From positions 32,160-74,823 of the forward strand of contig CAZARM010000002.1 in the NCBI GenBank assembly GCA_964487615.1: a DNA stretch of 42,664 nucleotides, written 5' to 3'. The DNA comes from an uncultured Candidatus Saccharibacteria bacterium. GTDB taxonomy: Bacteria; Patescibacteriota; Saccharimonadia; Saccharimonadales; CAZARM01. The stretch's first letter is position 1, and each line of letters begins with the position of its first letter. Under the pieces are notes generated by a model. That model had not been told where the DNA came from. It saw only the letters and a list, made by a program, of their open reading frames with translations, and did not search any database. Positions 9,592 to 17,577 of the stretch are shown here, piece after piece. A program made the position numbers and the translations under genes.

Positions 9592-9816
9592 TGGCGCTGC
9601 GTTCGCTTCGCTCTCTGGCTAATGAGGGAGGGTGACTCCTTTCTTCAACTTAACCCCTAGAGCAAGTTTCATGAGTCCCCGTTATCGCGTAATGAAATCA
9701 AAGATTTCTTTGGCTATCCTATCCTAAGCGAAAACAAAAACCCGACATGAAGATCAGGTTTCTAGTTACTCTGATCTATTATGCCCATGCTTGCGTTAAT
9801 AAGCGAGGTGTTGATA

Positions 9817-10131
9817 ATGATTCGCATGAACGCCTTTGAATATGGAGCTGAGTTAGGGCCAGAAAAGTCTCACGACTCGTGGGAGGATCTTGCGGAGTAC
9901 CTTGGAGCGGATCCTGACATGTTCTTCCCTACAAGAGGTGAAAGTAGTAAGCCTGCAAAAGAAGTCTGCAAGCAGTGTGTGGTTAGGGAAGCTTGCCTAG
10001 ATTATGCACTTGCTATTGGCGAGAAGCATGGAGTGTGGGGCGGTCTGAGTGAACGGGAACGACGAAGAATACGACGCCAACGTCGCATGCCAATAATAGA
10101 GCAACCCACAGATACCACTCCAGAAGAGTAG
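9817..10131 (+). CDS. WhiB-like (Wbl) transcription factor lacking the first conserved Cys
   Basis: DPDMFFP...CKQCVVREACLDYAL...GVWGGLSERERRRIRR matches the Wbl signature. GAGGTG Shine-Dalgarno lies 6 nt before the ATG at 9817. Confidence 0.8.
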   Translation: MIRMNAFEYGAELGPEKSHDSWEDLAEYLGADPDMFFPTRGESSKPAKEVCKQCVVREACLDYALAIGEKHGVWGGLSERERRRIRRQRRMPIIEQPTDTTPEE

Positions 10132-10161
10132 TCACGACAATTCAGGAGAGAGCCGTTTAAA

Positions 10162-11628
10162 TTAGAGCAGTCTATCAGCTACTAGTTGGGCAGAGATTAA
10201 GGTGGAAGGCAGGCCGATGCCGGGGTGGGTGTTGGCGCCGACGAAGTACAAATTCCCTACCTTTTTACTTCTATTACTTGGACGGAAGATAGCCGTCTGT
10301 TTTAAGCTATGAGCTAGCCCCAGGCCAGATCCCCTGAAGCTGTTAAATCTGTTTTCAAAATCTCTTACGCAAAATAATTTTTTGTATTCCAAGCTTTTGC
10401 GAAGGTTTTGCAAAGAGAGCTCCGTCTCCATGTTTCTGAGGATCTTATCGGCAAAAGATTCCAGCTGCTGATTGGTGTAGGACAGCCCGGCCGGGATTGG
10501 CACCAGCACAAACAGATTTTCTTTGCCCTTTGGGGCAACGCTTGGATCAGTTCTACTCGGGGAGCAGACGTAGAATGATGGGTCATTTGGGAATTGTGTT
10601 GAATCAAGCTCGGCAAAATTTCTTCGCCAATTCTCAGCAAAGACCAGGTTGTGGTGCTGGAGCGTGCCATATTTGCGGCTAACACCAAGGTAGATTAGCA
10701 GGGCCGATGGCGCCACAGTTCGGCTCCGCCAGTACTTTTGACTATGATCACGGTGCGGGAGCTCAAGCAGGGAAGTCTCGGTGTGGTAGGTGTCGGCGTT
10801 ACTGATCACTACATCAGCGCGCTGTTCTTGGCCGTTTGCAATTACCCCAACCGCGCGTCTATTCTCAACAATGATTTTCTGGACAACTGAGTTCAAATGG
10901 ATTTGCACATTGTGCTTAGCGCCAATTTTTGTCAATGCTCTGGTCACCTGGACCATGCCGCCCTTTGGATAGAAAACGCCCTGGTTAAACAGTGCATGGT
11001 TGAGCAGGTTATAAAAGGCTGGGGCTGAGTAGGGACTGGCGCCCAGGAAAACGCTTGGGTATTCCATGATCTGCTGCAAACGAGGGTCTTTAAAATACTT
11101 CAGAGTATAGCTGTGTAAATTACTTAACATGTTAAGTTTAGTTGCTTGACGGAGCAGGGGAGGACTCAAAAAGTCTTTGGTCGAGTTGTAATTCTTGTAC
11201 AACAATTGGTCTGTCGCTAAGTTGTATGTGTCTTCCGACTTCTGCAGATATTGCCTTAATCTATCACCGGCGCCGGTCTGCAAAGATTCAAAAGCCTGGC
11301 TGTCCCGGGCCAGGTCACTGTAGATATCTACTGACTGATTCCTCCCCTCAAAGAAAACCCGGTAACTGGGTGATAATTTCTGGAGCTCAAAGTAATCTTG
11401 CACGTTTTCTCCCAAACTCGTAAAGAATCGTTCGAAAACATCTGGCATCAAGTACCACGATGGGCCAGAATCAAACCGGAAGCCCTGAGCCTCAAAACTA
11501 CTCGCCCTGCCCCCAGTTTGCTCGTTTTTTTCGTAAACCGTCACGTCCCAGCCGGCTTGGCCAAGCAAACAAGCGGTTCCCAAACCGCCAAACCCCGCGC
11601 CAATGATTATCGCCGACTTCTTTGCCAC
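10162..11628 (-). CDS. phytoene desaturase (CrtI)-family FAD-dependent oxidoreductase
   Basis: N-terminal IIIGAGFGGLG..L...G..V.V.EKN...GGRA dinucleotide fold. The C-terminal FVGANTHPGIGLPSTLISAQLVA motif is typical of CrtI-type desaturases. Confidence 0.75.
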   Translation of the reverse strand: MAKKSAIIIGAGFGGLGTACLLGQAGWDVTVYEKNEQTGGRASSFEAQGFRFDSGPSWYLMPDVFERFFTSLGENVQDYFELQKLSPSYRVFFEGRNQSVDIYSDLARDSQAFESLQTGAGDRLRQYLQKSEDTYNLATDQLLYKNYNSTKDFLSPPLLRQATKLNMLSNLHSYTLKYFKDPRLQQIMEYPSVFLGASPYSAPAFYNLLNHALFNQGVFYPKGGMVQVTRALTKIGAKHNVQIHLNSVVQKIIVENRRAVGVIANGQEQRADVVISNADTYHTETSLLELPHRDHSQKYWRSRTVAPSALLIYLGVSRKYGTLQHHNLVFAENWRRNFAELDSTQFPNDPSFYVCSPSRTDPSVAPKGKENLFVLVPIPAGLSYTNQQLESFADKILRNMETELSLQNLRKSLEYKKLFCVRDFENRFNSFRGSGLGLAHSLKQTAIFRPSNRSKKVGNLYFVGANTHPGIGLPSTLISAQLVADRLL

Positions 11629-11698
11629 TACGCTATTGTAACGGAACTACAGGCGGGCTGGTATTGACCACTAGGCACCTCTGTTATACAATAAAATT

Positions 11699-12109
11699 AT
11701 GAATGATCAAGCATTACAGCTTTTTGAGGATCCCGACAGACAGCCGCCAGTATCGGCTGAAGAACTTGATGCAAAAGTACGCCATATTAGTGAACAACCA
11801 ACCAAACGTTTGGCATCTGACGATAAACTATCTGAGGCTCACGCCGATTCTACAGCAATCCGTCCGGCCTGGGAGAATGCTTTAGCGGGTGATTTGCCGA
11901 ACGATGAAGATGCAATTGCTACCCCAACGACTCGCCCTCACAGACCCTTTGAAATGCCCCGCAGAGAAAAAAGTAATACAACCCAGAACCTTACCCCTTT
12001 GCAAGCACAGAAAGGGGTGACCGAAGCCAAAATTGATAGTCTTGATGCTGAAACCAAAGCTGAGGTAGCGGCTGCAAGGGCCATACTTCACCGTGAACTA
12101 GGAAAATAG
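11699..12109 (+). CDS. acidic, probably disordered protein, unknown function
   Basis: ORF track only. Co-directional and tightly spaced with the next two genes. Confidence 0.45.
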   Translation: MNDQALQLFEDPDRQPPVSAEELDAKVRHISEQPTKRLASDDKLSEAHADSTAIRPAWENALAGDLPNDEDAIATPTTRPHRPFEMPRREKSNTTQNLTPLQAQKGVTEAKIDSLDAETKAEVAAARAILHRELGK

Positions 12110-12121
12110 TCAGGGGAGTCT

Positions 12122-13000
12122 ATGACAAAGACAAGCCCAGGGATTGGTCAGAAAAGTTTTTTTATACCCGATGCAGTTGTAGCACCGGAATTACCACCAG
12201 ATATTGATCTCGAACAGCGGACCAGTTTTAGTCATTTGATTTGTGTAATAAGCGATCATATGGATTTGCCACCTGACTTCACAGATCAGGTAGACCTAGG
12301 ACGGGTTGATCCGGTTTCAATAGAGGCTGGACTATATTTTGACAAACGCGAAGCATATGAAAAACGTCTGAAAAACGTATATGAAGGCATAGGCTTTACT
12401 GCCACGGACTTCATGGCTGTTACGCTAAGTCCGTCTACGTTGGCGACTAGAACATACGGACGAACTATGAAAGCAAATGAAAAACGACCGTCTGAAGAGC
12501 GGCTAGATCGTGATGAAGCTCATGATACGGCCAGTCGCTCGGCCGGGCATATACTTGAACAAAATACGGCACAACTGGAAGTACTTATAGGAGTATTAGC
12601 ACAACGGCGATTAGCCTTATTGCGTTTACACAGAGCCTTAAAAGCTCCAGGTCGGGCATATTTTGGTCAAACCGTCGCGGTCCTCGATGACTTACGCAAA
12701 GTAGCAAGCGATGCTATTCATCAAAGCATTGAAGTAGCTGCGACAAATTTGACGTGGGATGATAAAACAGCTGATGATCTTCAAGACGCTTTGCACTACA
12801 ACTTATACGGACATGCTAAACACAACAATCGTAGGATTGAATTCTGGAGACGTTACGTGCTGATGACAGGCAAATATACGAAAGAACAAATTGAGGCTGT
12901 CGGCCATTCACTAGAAATAACTGTCGAAGAGCTGGCAAAATATATGCCCTATTTAGAGGCAACTAAATCTAAGGAAGTTTCCTCTGAAGAACCTTCCTAA
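12122..13000 (+). CDS. hypothetical protein (292 aa)
   Basis: Long ORF 12 nt after the previous stop and 10 nt before dus. No motif recognised. Confidence 0.55.
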   Translation: MTKTSPGIGQKSFFIPDAVVAPELPPDIDLEQRTSFSHLICVISDHMDLPPDFTDQVDLGRVDPVSIEAGLYFDKREAYEKRLKNVYEGIGFTATDFMAVTLSPSTLATRTYGRTMKANEKRPSEERLDRDEAHDTASRSAGHILEQNTAQLEVLIGVLAQRRLALLRLHRALKAPGRAYFGQTVAVLDDLRKVASDAIHQSIEVAATNLTWDDKTADDLQDALHYNLYGHAKHNNRRIEFWRRYVLMTGKYTKEQIEAVGHSLEITVEELAKYMPYLEATKSKEVSSEEPS

Positions 13001-13010
13001 ACCGTTTTTT

Positions 13011-13922
13011 GTGTTGGCGCCAATGGACGATGTTACGGACACGGTTTTTCGTCAGGTTATCGCTGACACGGCGCCACCAGACTTGTTTTTCACTGAATTT
13101 GTGAATGTTGATGCGCTGCAGAGCAAGGGCCGGGAAGCCACACTCAAGCGACTTAGGTTTACCAAAAAGGAAAAACCCATCATCGCGCAGCTATGGGGTA
13201 AGCAGCCCGAGAACTTTTATAAATCAGCTCAAGAGTGTGCGCGCTTGGGCTTTGATGGAGTAGACCTAAACTTTGGCTGCCCGGAAAAAAACGTAGTACG
13301 CAACAATACTTGCTCGGCCTTTATCCTGCCAGCCAACAGGGGAGCAGCAGTAGAAATTATCAAGGCCACCCAAGAGGGCAGCGGTTCCCTGCCCGTTTCT
13401 GTCAAAACTCGTACCGGCTTTAGCGAAGTAGACTTTACATGGCACAAGCTGCTTTTGGAGCAAACACTTAACATGTTAACTATACATGGCAGAACTCGTA
13501 AGCAAATGAGCAAAGTCCCCGCTGACTGGGCGGCCATTGAGCACATCCGAAAATTACGTGATGTGCTCTGCCCCACCACTTTAATCGTCGGCAATGGCGA
13601 TGTCTTGACCCGACAACAAGGAGAAGTGCTGGCACTTAAGCACCGGCTGGACGGCATCATGATTGGTCGGGGGATCTTCACCGATCCATTTGTCTTTGCG
13701 GCTAATAGTCCGTGGGCCAGCTTCACCCCTGAGCAGCGAAAACAGCTGTACCGCGATCACGTAATGCTGTTTGCCAAAACCTGGCAGCCTCGTGAACGCA
13801 AACTTCATACACTTAATAAATTCTGCAAAATTTATATCAATGGCTTTGATGGAGCCAAAGAATTACGCGAGCAATTAATGGCCGCGGAATCAATCAAAGA
13901 CCTGGAAGGTTTGTTAGCATAA
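13011..13922 (+). CDS. dus: tRNA-dihydrouridine synthase
   Basis: LAPMDDVTD..FR, DLNFGCP, HGRT...G.ADW and NGD motifs of the Dus TIM-barrel family. Confidence 0.85.
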   Translation: MLAPMDDVTDTVFRQVIADTAPPDLFFTEFVNVDALQSKGREATLKRLRFTKKEKPIIAQLWGKQPENFYKSAQECARLGFDGVDLNFGCPEKNVVRNNTCSAFILPANRGAAVEIIKATQEGSGSLPVSVKTRTGFSEVDFTWHKLLLEQTLNMLTIHGRTRKQMSKVPADWAAIEHIRKLRDVLCPTTLIVGNGDVLTRQQGEVLALKHRLDGIMIGRGIFTDPFVFAANSPWASFTPEQRKQLYRDHVMLFAKTWQPRERKLHTLNKFCKIYINGFDGAKELREQLMAAESIKDLEGLLA

Positions 13923-14099
13923 GGACAATCATTTTATTGGTTTGTCAAAAATACTACAACCATCTCTATAAAAAACTGACCACCACATCTAATCATTGAC
14001 AAATGTTAGAATTCTCACAGTTCCCCCTTAACCGCCTGGTTATTATTCGAGGAGTAAAACTTAAATATATGAAGTTTTTACGCAAAAGGAGGAGTTTGG

Positions 14100-14645
14100 A
14101 TGAGTACCCAGTCACGGCTCGGCAACGAGCTACGATCTACCGCGCGCCGTCTCATCACAGTCCCTGCTCGTATTTTCAGCCAAACTAGTCTTCGTCAGAA
14201 ATTTATCTATGGGTCAGCCGCTATGCTGACTCTTTTTATTGCTCCTGCAGCCACTGCTTCATTTAACCCCGACGAACAACCGGTGATTAACAGTGAAGTT
14301 ACAAGCCAAACTAGCGCTGAGGTGCCCGCTCCCGCAGAGCCCGCCAAAGAACAGGCTACAAATAAGAGTGAAACTAGCCAATCAACTCCAGGTAACAGTA
14401 CTAGTGTTACCAATAACAATGGTGAAGTTAAAGTAATGATCAACGGCCAGGACGTACCTGTGCCTAAGAACGGAACTGTTAAACACCAGACAAGTGATGG
14501 AACCACAACCATTCAAACTGAGACGCAATCCTCTGGCGGCAATAGTTTTAACTCAACCACCACTTTCAGTAATTCAACTTCCACCACTATCAATAACAAT
14601 CAAACTAATTTTCAGAATCAAAATACATACAGCTCAAACCCCTAA
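14100..14645 (+). CDS. exported Ser/Thr/Asn-rich protein, first gene of the surface locus
   Basis: AGGAGG Shine-Dalgarno, a hydrophobic signal (AAMLTLFIAPAATA), and low-complexity S/T/N/Q content. Confidence 0.6.
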   Translation: MSTQSRLGNELRSTARRLITVPARIFSQTSLRQKFIYGSAAMLTLFIAPAATASFNPDEQPVINSEVTSQTSAEVPAPAEPAKEQATNKSETSQSTPGNSTSVTNNNGEVKVMINGQDVPVPKNGTVKHQTSDGTTTIQTETQSSGGNSFNSTTTFSNSTSTTINNNQTNFQNQNTYSSNP

Positions 14646-14750
14646 CGTAGGCAGGTGTCCGTTCGACCCGGTTAGATGAGCTGTCATCTCACCAGGTCGG
14701 GTGAACACCCGAGAAAACCTAATCAACTATTAATTAAGAGAGGAGTAACT

Positions 14751-15338
14751 ATGAAAAAGTTACTACGTGCAATCGCAGTTGCAATCTTGGGTGTTAGCAT
14801 GACAGCTGGCATGGCAAGCGCAAGTACCGGTAATGTAAGCAACACCGGCCCAAGCTCAAACAACAACATTGCTTTTAACGGTACAACTACAACTGCCGTT
14901 ACTAGCACAAACGGTGCAGGTGTCGTCAATCTAAACGGGCAGACTTCTGCCTCAGGTGCAGCTAACACTTCAAGCAACACCAACGCCGGTGGCGCAGCAA
15001 GTGGTTCAGCTAGCAACGCTGCAAGCACTAGCTCCAGCGTAACTCAGGGTAATTCTGGTGCTATGGCTGTAGCCGTAGCTGCTGCCGCCAACAATGGTGG
15101 TAGCAACAGTGCTTCTTTGAACAACACTGGTCCTAGCTCAAGCAACACGGTTTCATTTAACGGCAACACTAACACTACCGTTAACTCAACCAACAACGCT
15201 GCTGTATTGAACTTCAGCAACCAGAACGCAACTTCTGGCAGCGCTAATGTTTCAAGCAACACCAACGCCGGTTCTGCTACTACTGGAAGTGTTTCTAACA
15301 CTAACAACACTAGCTCCAGCGTTTCTCAGAGCAACTAA
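14751..15338 (+). CDS. secreted protein made of two 'NTGPSS...' modules
   Basis: GAGAGGAG Shine-Dalgarno and ATG at 14751. Signal peptide MKKLLRAIAVAILGVSMTAGMASA. Two ~85-aa repeats (SNTGPSSNN.I.FNG.T.T.V.STN...N..Q.A.SG.AN.SSNTNAG.A.SGS.SN...TSSSV.Q.N). Confidence 0.75.
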   Translation: MKKLLRAIAVAILGVSMTAGMASASTGNVSNTGPSSNNNIAFNGTTTTAVTSTNGAGVVNLNGQTSASGAANTSSNTNAGGAASGSASNAASTSSSVTQGNSGAMAVAVAAAANNGGSNSASLNNTGPSSSNTVSFNGNTNTTVNSTNNAAVLNFSNQNATSGSANVSSNTNAGSATTGSVSNTNNTSSSVSQSN

Positions 15339-15409
15339 TACTAAAGCGAAGTAGTTGTTTTACTCGTCGGGTTTGAAAGGTCGCTTACAACCGATTAAAT
15401 CCAAGTGGC

Positions 15410-15438
15410 GGAGAGAACGCTAATCAAGCGTTCTCTCC
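15410..15438 (+). terminator. 12-bp perfect hairpin after the two-module gene (no U-tract)
   Basis: GGAGAGAACGCT, loop aatca, then AGCGTTCTCTCC. Confidence 0.4.
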
Positions 15439-15495
15439 CCAACCGAGTCCAAAGTTCAAATCAACCCAAACCCTAAGCATCAAAGGAGCAAGGCC

Positions 15496-17571
15496 GTGCA
15501 GTCACTACCGCGATATATCAAAAATGCTTTGATCTGCATTACGGTCTTCGTCCAAGTTTTCTTGCCTACTGCGGTACTAGCTCAAGAAGCTAACACTAAC
15601 GTTACTGATCCTGCTGATTCGATGGGGCAGTCTGCAGAATCTGTAACGCCAGAAGAAACTCCGGCAGCAAAAACCGACACCAGCACCAATGATCAAACCG
15701 ATCCTGCAGACCCTTCAGCTGCGGTTGGCCCACAGACAGCCACTGGACCGCAAACGCCTACTGGACCACAAACAACGACTGGTCCGACTAGCCCAACTGG
15801 CGTAAGTGGTTCGACCTATGTCTATAATGACAAAACTGGTCTTTGGGAAAACGATTATTACACTTGGGACCCAGTAACCAAGCAGACCAAACCCAAGCAG
15901 AAACAAGACTATAGTTATAATCCTTTGACTAAAATGTGGGATACCACAGAATGGTACTTCAATCCGACCACGCAAAAATACGAAGAAAACAAAATCTCTG
16001 TAACCAGCAATCCCAACGCAGCCTTACGCTCTGGCAACGCAAGCATTGGCAATACTGGTCCTAACTCTAATAACACAATCAATCTAGGCGGCAATAACAC
16101 CGGTACCTATGACCTGTTCTTTGACTCTAGTATTAGTAACCAAATCGGTCAGCTTTCCCAGAGTGGTGATGCTACTGTTCAAAACAACCTGCAGGGCGGC
16201 GGAGCTACCAGCGGTGACGCTGAAACGCTACTCAACTTGCTTAATATGCTGCAGTCGTCATGGGGGGATTTGGGTAGCGACAATATCTCTACCTTTATGG
16301 CCAACATTGACGGCGATATTTATGGTGATCTAATGATTGACCCCAGCGGTATACCTGTTAGTGGCGGCGACTCTAACATTGACGTCAATGTCTCAATGAA
16401 CGGATCAATAAATAATGATATTGATGTTACTGCCCAGAGTGGTGACGCCAGTGTGCGCAATAATACCAACGGTGGATCGGCTAAGACTGGGGATGCTCGT
16501 GTGCTAATTAACCTAATCAACATGATCAACTCAGCTATCAAGTCCAATAAATCATTTGTTGGAGTGTTAAATATCAACGGTAATCTAGAAGGCGACATTC
16601 TGCTGCCACCAAACTTGCTTAATGCTATCATCGCCAGTAGTGGTCCGAACTCTAGCAACACCATTAATGCTGGTGGTGATCGTAATTTGAACGTCAACAG
16701 TACCACTAATACCACCATCGATAATAATATCGATGCCCAAGCTGCTAGTGGCGACGCCACAGTTGACAGTAATACCATTGCTGGAGGTGCTCTGACAGGC
16801 AATGCCGAAACCAACATTCGCTTACTTAACCTAACTGGCCATCGAGTGGTGGCTAGCAATGCCTTGATAGTGTTTGTCAATGTGTTGGGATCGTGGGTTG
16901 GGCTGATAATGGACGCCCCAGCAGGCACTTACTCGGCGGCTATCACTGGCCCCAACTCGACCAACACCATAAATGCTACCGGTAATCACAATACCGACAT
17001 TGACATCACCGCCAATAGTCAGATAGAAAACAATATAAAGGCGCGGGCAGCTAGTGGTGACGCATCAGTCACTGGCAACACCCATGCTGGTGACGCTACC
17101 AGCGGTGACGCTTCGGCCAATGTCAATGTACTCAACATGGTAGATAGTGACTTCCATCTGTCTGATTGGTTCGGCATATTGTTCATCAATGTCTTTGGCT
17201 CCTGGAAAGGTAGCTTCGGCGTCAATACGCCATTTGGTGACGGAGTGCCTGGCGGTAGGGGTGGCAGCCCATTAACAGCTAGTAGCCCTAATAATTTTGC
17301 GGCGGTTCCAGCCACCACAGCCGGCACATTTGCCTTCATACCTCAAAGCAATACTACTGGCTCAAGTCATACCACTGGCACAGTCAGCGCATCAGCCGCG
17401 ACCACCACAACGCCAGTCGTGGCTGCCAGCCAAATCCAGAAAGATGCTCAACCCATAGCTACTGACTCTGGAGCCGGCAATACTTCTCGAAACTGGTGGC
17501 TAGCTAGCTTTAGCATGATCGCTTTCTTGATACTGGTTGGCGCCGAGCGCTTTAGCAACCCCCGCCCGTAA
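15496..17571 (+). CDS. large multi-module surface protein with C-terminal TM anchor
   Basis: AAAGGAG Shine-Dalgarno plus GTG start and a signal peptide. Then a TGPQT tandem repeat, aromatic [YW]x[YWF][ND]PxT repeats, three TGPNSxNTIN motifs, four SGDA[ST]V..NT.GG.A.[ST]G[DN]A motifs, and a C-terminal TM (WWLASFSMIAFLILVGA). Confidence 0.8.
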   Translation: MQSLPRYIKNALICITVFVQVFLPTAVLAQEANTNVTDPADSMGQSAESVTPEETPAAKTDTSTNDQTDPADPSAAVGPQTATGPQTPTGPQTTTGPTSPTGVSGSTYVYNDKTGLWENDYYTWDPVTKQTKPKQKQDYSYNPLTKMWDTTEWYFNPTTQKYEENKISVTSNPNAALRSGNASIGNTGPNSNNTINLGGNNTGTYDLFFDSSISNQIGQLSQSGDATVQNNLQGGGATSGDAETLLNLLNMLQSSWGDLGSDNISTFMANIDGDIYGDLMIDPSGIPVSGGDSNIDVNVSMNGSINNDIDVTAQSGDASVRNNTNGGSAKTGDARVLINLINMINSAIKSNKSFVGVLNINGNLEGDILLPPNLLNAIIASSGPNSSNTINAGGDRNLNVNSTTNTTIDNNIDAQAASGDATVDSNTIAGGALTGNAETNIRLLNLTGHRVVASNALIVFVNVLGSWVGLIMDAPAGTYSAAITGPNSTNTINATGNHNTDIDITANSQIENNIKARAASGDASVTGNTHAGDATSGDASANVNVLNMVDSDFHLSDWFGILFINVFGSWKGSFGVNTPFGDGVPGGRGGSPLTASSPNNFAAVPATTAGTFAFIPQSNTTGSSHTTGTVSASAATTTTPVVAASQIQKDAQPIATDSGAGNTSRNWWLASFSMIAFLILVGAERFSNPRP

Positions 17572-17577
17572 CAAAGA

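Noticed and set aside
9592-9780. Possible ncRNA or 17-aa micro-ORF in the 190-nt gap upstream of the WhiB-like gene
   Set aside because: Only short stems are present (e.g. AGATCAG...CTGATCT). There is no match to any RNA family I can recognise and no convincing Shine-Dalgarno site. More likely promoter or leader sequence.
13229-13726. 165-aa antisense ORF inside dus, and similar internal ORFs inside mgtA (25758-26336 +), the Ca-ATPase (22003-22371 -) and 29785-30168 +
   Set aside because: Each is fully nested within a gene that has strong family motifs on the other strand, and none has a ribosome-binding site or recognisable motif.
14100-14260. Twin-arginine (Tat) signal in the first surface-locus protein (TARRLIT)
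   Set aside because: The RR pair is ~25 residues from the hydrophobic core and lacks the S/T-R-R-x-F-L-K context. A Sec-type signal with a long n-region is more likely.
14207-17339. Long antisense ORFs in the track (14207-14512 -, 14723-15028 -, 15044-15310 -, 15715-15975 -, 16320-16928 -, 17019-17339 -), plus 19490-19783 + opposite the LPXTG gene
   Set aside because: They lie fully inside better-supported genes that have signal peptides, Shine-Dalgarno sites and repeat architecture. Their Leu/Val/Pro/Ala-rich translations are what is expected from reading Asn/Ser/Thr/Gly-rich codons in reverse.
14751-17571. Repetitive DNA that might suggest a CRISPR array or tandem satellite
   Set aside because: The periodicity is at protein-module level (~225-255 nt, diverged) and lies inside open reading frames. 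There is no short direct repeat/spacer structure and there are no cas genes.
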